Positions 1 to 6,514 of a stretch of DNA of 24,000 bases are shown piece after piece; the stretch's first letter is position 1; every line of letters begins with the position of its first letter. Below the pieces are notes generated by a model. It saw only the letters and a program-made list of their open reading frames with translations. It made no database searches and had not been told where the DNA came from. The DNA lies in the sequence record PP496466.1; one strand, 5' to 3'. Source of the DNA: Pseudomonas phage vB_PpuP-Pori-2. The translations under genes were made by a program, and so were the position numbers.

Positions 1-115
1 GCCAGTAATTGACCCTACCCTACAGGGCGGCCTCGCAGAAGCTCTCGCAGCCTATCAGGAAGCCCTCAGAATGTGCAACTCTCTCAATGGAATAGACGAT
101 GCCGATCACAATTGA
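1..115 (+). CDS. 3' end of an upstream gene (partial, probably structural/late), ...PVIDPTLQGGLAEALAAYQEALRMCNSLNGIDDADHN*
   Basis: Open frame 2 from the window start to TGA at 113-115, overlapping the next ATG at 99 by 17 nt; open at the left edge. Confidence 0.5.
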   Translation, partial: PVIDPTLQGGLAEALAAYQEALRMCNSLNGIDDADHN

Positions 116-623
116 CGACCGACTGGGCTCACCCGGCCACGCACTGTCCTTCGATGGCGCTCTCGCTGTCACTGACCTCTCCCGATCCTTCCTGTTAGGC
201 AAGTCCTACCGGGCGTACAAGGCGTTTACCGCCAACACGCAGCTAAGGTTCGTGGCAACCAAGCCCTTCCTGCTCACATTCCAGTCTTTGTACTGCGATG
301 CTGGCCAAGCTACTGCGGTTATCACTGCTGGCAGCACATTGGGCGGCTCATGGACTGTCTTACCCACCAAGTTCCCGGTTAACGGAGTGTTTCTTCCTGC
401 TCCTACGCCTACTGTGGTCGTAGAGGAAGGCGGAACCATCACTGGTGGTACTGAACGCGAGCGACTGCGGGCTGCAAGCGGTGCTGGCGTAGGTATCGTG
501 AACACTGTGGTGTCTCCACGTCTGTTGCCTGCTGGCACGTACAGTATTGCGCTGACTGTGACCGGAACCACGGCGGCGATCTACACGCTGGAGTACACAG
601 AGCTGGAAACCGTGCCTCGATAA
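99..623 (+). CDS. Hypothetical, possibly virion-associated protein (174 aa)
   Basis: ORF with Thr/Val/Gly-rich beta-like composition; last gene before a long non-coding region. Confidence 0.7.
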   Translation: MPITIDDRLGSPGHALSFDGALAVTDLSRSFLLGKSYRAYKAFTANTQLRFVATKPFLLTFQSLYCDAGQATAVITAGSTLGGSWTVLPTKFPVNGVFLPAPTPTVVVEEGGTITGGTERERLRAASGAGVGIVNTVVSPRLLPAGTYSIALTVTGTTAAIYTLEYTELETVPR

Positions 624-640
624 CAGGCAGATAGAAGGTA

Positions 641-676
641 GCGGCCCAATTTTGGATTGCATTTCCACGGGGCCGC
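641..676 (+). terminator. Candidate stem-loop after the last gene of the left block
   Basis: GCGGCCC (641-647) / GGGCCGC (670-676), perfect 7 bp GC stem with a 22-nt loop, 17 nt after the stop at 623; no obvious U tract. Confidence 0.3.
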
Positions 677-915
677 CTCCGACCAAATGACCCGCGCGTT
701 CCCCCATGCGCCTCCGCGAGCTTCTTGACGCGACACGTGACGTGCGCCTCTGGTAGCTTCACACACGCTCCTGTAAGCCTCGTGGGCGCCTCTGTAGGCC
801 GGGGCCGTGGGATTGGGCCGGGGCTGGCCGGAATGGGCTCAGGCGTGATCGTGGCTCGTTCCAGGCGCAGGCCGGGGCTATCTGTCTCGTTGAATGGCTC
901 AAGGCTGGTCGGGAT

Positions 916-940
916 TAATTGGCTTACTACTTGGACAGGA
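916..940 (+). promoter_or_regulatory. Phage RNAP promoter P1 (TAATTGGCTTACTACTTGGACAGGA)
   Basis: One of five near-identical copies in the window; layout resembles T7-type promoters (TAAT...ACTA...GG). Confidence 0.85.
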
Positions 941-982
941 GGCCGTAGCTGCCTTGAGGGTTTAATCTGTCTACAAGCTAGT

Positions 983-1120
983 TACTAGCCAGCCAAGAGA
1001 TGAGGACAGGAGAGAAGGACAGGAGACCAGACAGATAGCCAAGAGAGCAGCGGACGAGGGATGGACAGAGGATGGAGACAGGAGACTAGGACAGAGATAC
1101 AGACAACGATGGTGGATAGG
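983..1120 (+). repeat. Purine-rich low-complexity tract with GGACAGGAGA and AGCCAAGAGA repeats
   Basis: GGACAGGAGA at 1004-1013 and 1017-1026; AGCCAAGAGA at 991-1000 and 1037-1046; related GACAGAG/GAGACAGGAGA units follow. Confidence 0.6.
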
Positions 1121-1256
1121 ATGGGAGATGGAGACTCCGACGAGTGGTAGTATACAGACTGAGACGAACTAGGTAGCATGGGAACCACTGAAGCGACAGA
1201 CCAGACGGACAGGAGCTAAGGTAGGAGCTAGCGGTAAGCTAAGATAGAATAGCTAC

Positions 1257-1285
1257 TTGACAACACCAGTATCTGTATGTAGGAT
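1257..1285 (+). promoter_or_regulatory. Candidate host sigma70 promoter
   Basis: TTGACA (1257-1262), 17 nt spacer, TAGGAT (1280-1285). Confidence 0.5.
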
Positions 1286-1404
1286 ATGTCTCACCAGCTA
1301 CTAACAAGCTCTTGGAGCGAGGGTAGTGAGGAACGGGCTAGGCTGCCTTGGTAGCTTGGGACTTCCGCCTCAGGTAAGAGCTACCAGATACCGCAACAAG
1401 ATGG

Positions 1405-1433
1405 TTGACAGCACTACAGCAACACGGTAAGAT
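1405..1433 (+). promoter_or_regulatory. Candidate host sigma70 promoter
   Basis: TTGACA (1405-1410), 17 nt spacer, TAAGAT (1428-1433). Confidence 0.55.
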
Positions 1434-1777
1434 GGACACCAGCAACAACGAACACCGCTCTTTAGTATCAAGCCGGTTGTCTCCGGTGGTTTAGTCCAAA
1501 GCTAAGCATGTCAGTCTCTCAGGAGCATTGTGCGGTGGCGGGTAGCTAGGCTAATAGACACGAGACGCAAGGGGTAGCACGTATAGCGCCCTGACTCCGC
1601 TAGTAGTCGCAACACTAGCCACTGTCGAGCTTAGCTTCCAGTGAAACGCCGGGTCCAACGGCGGTGAGTTGTAGGGTAATGGCCTACGGTTCTCCTCAGA
1701 TGAGGTGACAATCTAGCTACTTTCGGCAAGCGTGACTTACTACAGTGCGCTTGCTCAAACTAACTGGAGATACCATC

Positions 1778-2323
1778 ATGAAAGCTACCGACATCATCAA
1801 AGACTCGGCCAAGGCAGTTTCTCAGATAGAAGCTATCAAGAAGGCTGGCGATAAGCTGGCTGATAGCATTCACATCGTTGCCGTGTCTGCTTTGTTCCAT
1901 GCTGATGAGCACGGTGACGTGACCATCATGCAACGCTTGATCTCTGCTCTTCCCGGCTTTGCTCGTCGTAATGCGCTGCTGGCTTGGGCTACCAACTACG
2001 GCAAGTTCACTATCAACGAGACAGGCGATAACGTGGACTTTGACAAGTTCGGGAAGTCTGACGTTGAAGGCGCACTGGGTGTGACCTTTTGGGCATTCAA
2101 GCCTGAGCAGCCATTCAAACCATTTGACCTGCAAGCTGAAATGGCTAAGCTGGTCAAGCGTGCCGAGAAGGCTGCCAAGGACGAGCGCAATAGCCTCGAC
2201 TCTGACGACTTGATCGAAGTGCGCAAGCTGGCTTCGGTTATCAAGCCTACTGCACCAAAGGCTGATGTAGCCGCTAACGACGTGGAAGCTCCGGCTGCTG
2301 ATCCACTGGAAGGTGTAGCGTGA
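1778..2323 (+). CDS. Early hypothetical protein, Asp/Glu-containing C-terminus
   Basis: MKATDIIKDSAKAVSQ...; SD-like ctggaga upstream of ATG 1778, preferred over the track start at 1745. Confidence 0.8.
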   Translation: MKATDIIKDSAKAVSQIEAIKKAGDKLADSIHIVAVSALFHADEHGDVTIMQRLISALPGFARRNALLAWATNYGKFTINETGDNVDFDKFGKSDVEGALGVTFWAFKPEQPFKPFDLQAEMAKLVKRAEKAAKDERNSLDSDDLIEVRKLASVIKPTAPKADVAANDVEAPAADPLEGVA

Positions 2324-2406
2324 TTCCGCTCCTCTGGATGATCTGGTGGAGCTGGGACAGGAAGCCGAGCAAGCTGCCTGTGACTTACACGAAGCTGCCT
2401 GAGTAA
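2320..2406 (+). CDS. Uncalled micro-ORF, 28-aa Trp-rich hydrophobic peptide MIPLLWMIWWSWDRKPSKLPVTYTKLPE
   Basis: GTG start overlapping the upstream stop (GTGA junction); ends 3 nt before a conserved hairpin. Confidence 0.4.
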   Translation: MIPLLWMIWWSWDRKPSKLPVTYTKLPE

Positions 2407-2409
2407 GCA

Positions 2410-2441
2410 AGTAATGCCACTCTAGAATGGGTGGCATTGCT
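2410..2441 (+). promoter_or_regulatory. RNA hairpin H1 (conserved element, copy 1)
   Basis: AGTAATGCCACTC / GGGTGGCATTGCT, 13 pairs with 2 G.U, loop TAGAAT. Confidence 0.65.
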
Positions 2442-2462
2442 GGACTACTAGGAGGTATCTGT

Positions 2463-2825
2463 ATGACTGATAACCGAGTGTGCCTTGGGCGCATCGTTGA
2501 CACTGTGAGCAGGATTCACTATCCCGGCCTTGAGATCCGTCTGGAGAATCGAGGCCACGGCCTGTGCCTGTTTGTGGCTGAGCCTAACGGTGTCTGCGCC
2601 AAGACTGGTATGCCGATGAGCTGGGAAGGCCGTCGTTGGCCTATCGAGCTATCAGACACCGTGGGTGCTGTCGTACAGACGGCTCTCAAGGCTGTGCTGA
2701 CCTACGTTGAACACGAGGTGCGTGAGCGCTTCACTTTCCAAGGTGAGACTGTGTTTGATCCTCACCAAAACTTTGAGCTTGTGAGAGGTGCACCATGTCA
2801 CACTTCTGTGAGGGAGATCGGGTAA
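2463..2825 (+). CDS. Early hypothetical protein
   Basis: MTDNRVCLGRIVDTV...; SD aggagg 8-14 nt upstream of ATG 2463. Confidence 0.8.
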   Translation: MTDNRVCLGRIVDTVSRIHYPGLEIRLENRGHGLCLFVAEPNGVCAKTGMPMSWEGRRWPIELSDTVGAVVQTALKAVLTYVEHEVRERFTFQGETVFDPHQNFELVRGAPCHTSVREIG

Positions 2826-2995
2826 AGGCTGTCCGTGTTACCAAGCACGGTGTGATGAATCCTGAGCCTTGGGCTGTTGGTCAGGTGGGGACTATCCGTT
2901 CCTGTCACACTATGGGCGGTGAGGCGTTCTATGAGGTTCAGTTCGGCCACCTGTCCGACAACATCGACGAGATCTGTCTGGAGCGTGTATTGTGA
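2795..2995 (+). CDS. Small hypothetical protein
   Basis: MSHFCEGDRVKAVRVTKHG..., overlaps neighbours (ATG 2795; 4-nt overlap with the next gene). Confidence 0.7.
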   Translation: MSHFCEGDRVKAVRVTKHGVMNPEPWAVGQVGTIRSCHTMGGEAFYEVQFGHLSDNIDEICLERVL

Positions 2996-3177
2996 CCAAG
3001 CCAGCAGATCTGCGGATCGACATCAGCAGCCTGCCAGCGCTGTTCACTCGGCTGCGTAAGAGTAGCCCTACCCTGTCGGTCGAAGTTAAGCCTTCGGCCT
3101 ATGAAGGTAAGGTTGTGCTGTATCACGAGGATGAGATGGTGCGTACCATGCTGCGCCGTCTCATCATAGCACTGTGA
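2992..3177 (+). CDS. Small hypothetical protein
   Basis: 61 aa ORF in the overlapping chain, partly coupled to upstream and downstream frames. Confidence 0.6.
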   Translation: MTKPADLRIDISSLPALFTRLRKSSPTLSVEVKPSAYEGKVVLYHEDEMVRTMLRRLIIAL

Positions 3178-3293
3178 GCTTCTTTGAATCTCTGTGCGCC
3201 GTTGTCCTGTGCCTTGTCGTAGTCCTGATGGGCTTCGCCTTGGTACAGTGGTGCGTGGAGTCTCTCGTCGCAGTAGCGAGGTTCTTCGGATGA
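3174..3293 (+). CDS. Uncalled micro-ORF, 39-aa single-TM-like peptide MSFFESLCAVVLCLVVVLMGFALVQWCVESLVAVARFFG
   Basis: GTG start overlapping the upstream stop; ends at TGA overlapping the next ATG (ATGA at 3290-3293). Confidence 0.55.
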   Translation: MSFFESLCAVVLCLVVVLMGFALVQWCVESLVAVARFFG

Positions 3294-3433
3294 GCGTTCA
3301 TCGTTTGCCTCAGAAGCACCGCACCACTGATTGCCGTAATGATTGGTGGGTTCAATGTGTTCCATTTGTCCGGTGGATGTGGGCCTGTAACAAGAAGGTC
3401 CAGCTCTGCCTACCCGCACCTAAAGAGGATTGA
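3290..3433 (+). CDS. Small basic/aromatic hypothetical protein (47 aa) MSVHRLPQKHRTTDCRNDWWVQCVPFVRWMWACNKKVQLCLPAPKED
   Basis: Internal start of track ORF 3194..3433; ATGA coupling with 3174..3293. Confidence 0.5.
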   Translation: MSVHRLPQKHRTTDCRNDWWVQCVPFVRWMWACNKKVQLCLPAPKED

Positions 3434-3435
3434 TC

Positions 3436-3843
3436 ATGCGTACCAATGGTAAAGAACCTGTTGTCCTGCTGGCCCTGAACTTTGAGACCGAGGAGCAGGA
3501 CATCCAAGCTCTGCTCGACGTTGGCGTACCACGCTCTGCAATCCAGCCCGGTCGTGGCTGCTACGCCGGTAAGAGGGAGCTGTGCTACGCTGTGAGCATC
3601 GAGCACTTCACTCCGCACGTCAAGGCACTGCTGACTGCCTGCTCGCAGAACTCCGTGCTGTTCCTCGACAACCAGTACAATGCGTGGTTGGCACCAGCAG
3701 AGCGTGACTTCTCTAGCTACAGCGAGGGCCGTGCGTCACTGCGCCCTACCTTCATCGGTGAGTTCAAGCAGATCGCCGAGACTCAGGCAGCACAGAAGCA
3801 GGCTTGGACCGAGTTCGGCGGCAAGTATTACTATGCTGGCTGA
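3436..3843 (+). CDS. Early hypothetical protein
   Basis: MRTNGKEPVVLLALNFE...; SD aaagagg upstream of ATG 3436. Confidence 0.8.
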   Translation: MRTNGKEPVVLLALNFETEEQDIQALLDVGVPRSAIQPGRGCYAGKRELCYAVSIEHFTPHVKALLTACSQNSVLFLDNQYNAWLAPAERDFSSYSEGRASLRPTFIGEFKQIAETQAAQKQAWTEFGGKYYYAG

Positions 3844-3907
3844 CACGTTGATCGTGTTGTGGAACCTTGCGTGGATAGTTACCGTACTCTATCTAGGTCG
3901 GGAGTAA
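3833..3907 (+). CDS. Uncalled micro-ORF, 24-aa hydrophobic peptide MLADTLIVLWNLAWIVTVLYLGRE
   Basis: ATG 3833 overlaps the upstream stop by 11 nt; ends just before the second conserved hairpin; likely true product inside track ORF 3680..3907. Confidence 0.45.
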   Translation: MLADTLIVLWNLAWIVTVLYLGRE

Positions 3908-3909
3908 GA

Positions 3910-3945
3910 AGTAATGCACTTGGCGGTGAATCCGAGTGCATTGCT
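3910..3945 (+). promoter_or_regulatory. RNA hairpin H2 (conserved element, copy 2)
   Basis: AGTAATGCACTTGG / CCGAGTGCATTGCT, 14 pairs with 2 G.U, loop CGGTGAAT. Confidence 0.7.
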
Positions 3946-3962
3946 GGTTACTCAACCTAACA

Positions 3963-3976
3963 GGCCAATCGTGGCC
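3963..3976 (+). other. Small hairpin just upstream of the kinase-like gene
   Basis: GGCCA-ATCG-TGGCC. Confidence 0.35.
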
Positions 3977-3995
3977 GTGATTATCTGGAGTCATC

Positions 3996-5213
3996 ATGAA
4001 CCGTTACGACGTGACTAAGGTAGAAAGGATGGCCGTTATGGCCAAGGCAATAGGCTGCATGAGCGAGGATGGTGAGTATCAGAAGACTCGCCGTTCCCTT
4101 ACCAACGCAGGGTTTAAGCACCTTGGTGGTGGTGCGTTTGGTAGTGCGTGGGCTCACGAAGACGCACCGGGCTGGGTTGTCAAGATCACTAGCGGCGACG
4201 ACAACTACGCAGCCTATGCCTACTGGGGCATTGCCAATCCGCAGGACGGAGTGCCTGAGTTCTGTTACCCAGCCTTTGATGCACGCCGCACGCAGTTCAT
4301 GGTGATGATGCCTGAATACAAGGACAGCAGGGACGGCCCTAACGGCTGGCAGAATGACTACGACATAGCACGGTCTGTGTGCTATGCCGCAGCTGGTTGT
4401 GCGCCGCAGCCTGCACGGTCCCAGTTGCAGCACGTCTGCGGACAGCTCGGTGACTTCTTCAAGGATCTGGTAAGCTTCGACCTGCACAACGGCAACATCA
4501 TGTACGACAGCATGAAAGGGTTCATGGTCATCACTGATCCTATCTGCGGCAGCAACACTGAGCTGCTGGTATCCAAGGCCACTGGCCGTACTTATGTGGA
4601 GCCAGTGTACGATCAACAGTCACTAGATCTGTTCGGCGGGTGCATTAATCCTCCGCGCCGTCGCCGTCTCGAAGAGATGCGTGTGCCTAACTTCCAACCG
4701 CAGAGACTGGAGGCACAGATCATACCGCGTCTGAACACCAGAAAGCAGGACGCCATGCGCAGGATGATTGGCTTCGGCAATCCTGCCAAGAACTTCTTGA
4801 TGCAGGAGTGGAATGCACTGGAGATGCGGATGCACCAACCAGATACTCGCTTCCGTGTAAACCAGAAACCCGCTGCACCAGCCATACGGGTGGACGGCAG
4901 GACTGCTACGCCGAGAGACATTCAGCGTGTGCTGCGGTTCCTCATGTCACGGAAGGACAGGCTGCACCAGATGTGCGACCATCGCGGCAACATCGAGATC
5001 GGGTTCATGGGTAGCATAGCACCGGGGTTGATGAACTTCCGACTTGATAACCATATACCTTCCAAGCAAGCAGTGGTAGCACACCGCTTTGTAGTACACA
5101 TCAACATGGCACAAGAGTTGATAGCTCACGAGCTGCGCAACCAGCGTAGGCGGGAACCGTGGCCGGGACAACTGATGCACAACCCACCTCCTGCATTCCG
5201 AGGCTTCGTATGA
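3996..5213 (+). CDS. Protein-kinase-like early protein with a long C-terminal extension (405 aa)
   Basis: Gly-rich loop LGGGAFGSAW, VVKI (K63), catalytic-loop-like FDLHNGNIMYD (D162/N167), DFG-position-like VITDP (D181). Confidence 0.7.
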   Translation: MNRYDVTKVERMAVMAKAIGCMSEDGEYQKTRRSLTNAGFKHLGGGAFGSAWAHEDAPGWVVKITSGDDNYAAYAYWGIANPQDGVPEFCYPAFDARRTQFMVMMPEYKDSRDGPNGWQNDYDIARSVCYAAAGCAPQPARSQLQHVCGQLGDFFKDLVSFDLHNGNIMYDSMKGFMVITDPICGSNTELLVSKATGRTYVEPVYDQQSLDLFGGCINPPRRRRLEEMRVPNFQPQRLEAQIIPRLNTRKQDAMRRMIGFGNPAKNFLMQEWNALEMRMHQPDTRFRVNQKPAAPAIRVDGRTATPRDIQRVLRFLMSRKDRLHQMCDHRGNIEIGFMGSIAPGLMNFRLDNHIPSKQAVVAHRFVVHINMAQELIAHELRNQRRREPWPGQLMHNPPPAFRGFV

Positions 5214-5416
5214 TTTACCATGACGACATCCCGCATCCTGACGATGCAATGGCACACGCTGTACCCTTCGATGAGGCGCCGAGTGATGACGCCGAATCCA
5301 TCTTGGCTGCTATCGGCTTCGGTCCTACGACCGGCATCGACACAGCCTGTAACCATGACGGCATGCTCGCCGTTGGCCTAGCAATGCAAGCGGAGTTTGA
5401 CAATGAAGATTACTAA
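5210..5416 (+). CDS. Small acidic hypothetical protein
   Basis: MIYHDDIPHPDDAMAHAVPFDEAPSDDAE...; ATGA overlap at 5210-5213, preferred over the track start 5159. Confidence 0.65.
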   Translation: MIYHDDIPHPDDAMAHAVPFDEAPSDDAESILAAIGFGPTTGIDTACNHDGMLAVGLAMQAEFDNEDY

Positions 5417-5882
5417 TGCTGACCATCTGTTACTGCTGTGCTGGTTGAACAAATTCGGCGTGCCGCCAGCCAAGCCACGCACCGACAGCATTGCGAAGGA
5501 TATGGGCTGGACTAACCAGCACATGCCATGCATAGGGCTGGAGCTGCGAGCACTCGGCTTTGTTGCATCGAGTAACGACGGCAAGCAGTACAACTACTGG
5601 CGCATCACGCCGGAAGGGACGCAGCGCCTACTGTCTCACCGGAAGGCAGTGGCACAGGAACTGAAGGCCAAGCGCGAAGCAACTGAGTCACCACGCACTA
5701 AGACTTTCCTCGGCTGGCGTGTGGTTGGAGGCGAGGGTGAGGTGTCTGTGGAGCAGGCCACTCACAAGGAGGCACTCGCCATCGCCGAGAAGTGGGCGAA
5801 GGAAGAACCCGGTGTCACGTACTGGGTGTGCGGTGTGACGGACAGCGTGTCCGCTGAAGTCGTAGTCAAACGGTCTAACTAA
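5403..5882 (+). CDS. Hypothetical protein with winged-helix-like N-terminal half
   Basis: MKITNADHLLLLCWLNKFGVPPAKPRTDSIAKDMGWTNQHMPCIGLELRALGFVAS...YWRITPEG; ggag upstream of ATG 5403. Confidence 0.65.
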   Translation: MKITNADHLLLLCWLNKFGVPPAKPRTDSIAKDMGWTNQHMPCIGLELRALGFVASSNDGKQYNYWRITPEGTQRLLSHRKAVAQELKAKREATESPRTKTFLGWRVVGGEGEVSVEQATHKEALAIAEKWAKEEPGVTYWVCGVTDSVSAEVVVKRSN

Positions 5883-5892
5883 GGAGAACATC

Positions 5893-6147
5893 ATGGTCAA
5901 CACAATCAAGAAGATCTTTGCTGCACTGGTGTACCTGCTGGAACTGGAAGCCAAGCGCAGTGATGCACGTTGGCTCTCGGCAGAGCAACGCATCACTGCC
6001 AGTCACGACGAGCAGCACCGTGATGTAACTCGCATCGTGCAAGAACATCTTGCACTGCGCAACCACCTCAACAACTACGCCGACGAGCATAGTAACAAGG
6101 CAGCAGCGGCTCGTAATCTGGCTGGCAAAATCAAATCCCTAGTGTAA
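5893..6147 (+). CDS. Small hypothetical protein
   Basis: SD aaggag upstream of ATG; MVNTIKKIFAALVYLLELEAKR... Confidence 0.75.
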   Translation: MVNTIKKIFAALVYLLELEAKRSDARWLSAEQRITASHDEQHRDVTRIVQEHLALRNHLNNYADEHSNKAAAARNLAGKIKSLV

Positions 6148-6157
6148 CGGAGTTACC

Positions 6158-6409
6158 ATGATCGTACATCAAAGCAAGTTGCGTACTCACGAAGCCAAGT
6201 TGTTGGAGCGTCGTCAAGGTGTAAGCACTAAGGTCTTGCAGTTGCTGAGCCGCAGCCGCGAGCTTGACCTGCTCATGCCTGAAGATCAGGTGGTGCAAGA
6301 AGAACATCAAGAAGTAATCCCGCTGCCCGGCGGTGAGAACTTCGTGATCCTCCACAAGTATGTGACTGGCCTGAAGTATCCAGTTGCTGGCTACCCACCA
6401 CCATACTAA
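6158..6409 (+). CDS. Small hypothetical protein
   Basis: SD cggag upstream; TAA stop is the TAA of promoter P2. Confidence 0.7.
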   Translation: MIVHQSKLRTHEAKLLERRQGVSTKVLQLLSRSRELDLLMPEDQVVQEEHQEVIPLPGGENFVILHKYVTGLKYPVAGYPPPY

Positions 6410-6430
6410 TTGGCTTACTACTTGGTCTCG
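6407..6430 (+). promoter_or_regulatory. Phage RNAP promoter P2 (TAATTGGCTTACTACTTGGTCTCG)
   Basis: Matches the five-copy consensus. Confidence 0.85.
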
Positions 6431-6450
6431 AAACATTGAGGTAGTTCGTA

Positions 6451-6473
6451 CTGTACATCTTATGGGTGTACAG
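6451..6473 (+). other. Leader hairpin downstream of P2
   Basis: CTGTACA / TGTACAG perfect arms, inner stem extendable with G.U pairs; a weaker GGGCA/TGCCC hairpin follows before the next gene. Confidence 0.45.
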
Positions 6474-6514
6474 TGCGGGCACACTTCCGATGCCCACAAC
6501 ATGAGAGAATTAAA

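Larger units (their letters stand above)
624..1777. other. Long non-coding region, probable genome-end/early-control region
   Basis: No credible CDS over about 1.15 kb in an otherwise densely coding phage genome; contains a phage promoter, candidate host promoters and purine-rich repeats. Confidence 0.55.

Noticed and set aside
206-571. Reverse-strand ORFs antisense to the first full gene (206..571, 439..762)
   Set aside because: Shadow ORFs of 99..623; the second extends into the spacer without supporting signals.
725-988. 87-aa ORF spanning promoter P1
   Set aside because: Runs through the phage promoter in the non-coding spacer, Arg/Gly-rich with no SD; judged spurious.
983-1120. Possible CRISPR or tandem repeat array
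   Set aside because: Units are short, overlapping purine-rich words without regular spacing or unique spacers.
985-1188. 67-aa reverse-strand ORF in the purine-rich tract
   Set aside because: Ser/Leu-rich low-complexity translation of an AG-rich repeat; not protein-like.
1434-1777. Possible tRNA or small structured RNA in the early leader
   Set aside because: No acceptor/anticodon arm arrangement could be drawn by eye; nothing supportable.
2410-2441. Hairpin H1 as an intrinsic terminator
   Set aside because: Strong stem but no following U tract, and it lies within an operon with no new promoter after it; kept as an RNA structural element of unknown role.
1760-2503. 247-aa reverse-strand ORF opposite the first early gene
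   Set aside because: Covers the conserved-looking + strand gene, hairpin H1 and the start of the next gene; no promoter seen; antisense artefact.
3981-4616. 211-aa reverse-strand ORF
   Set aside because: Antisense to the kinase-like gene with clear catalytic motifs.
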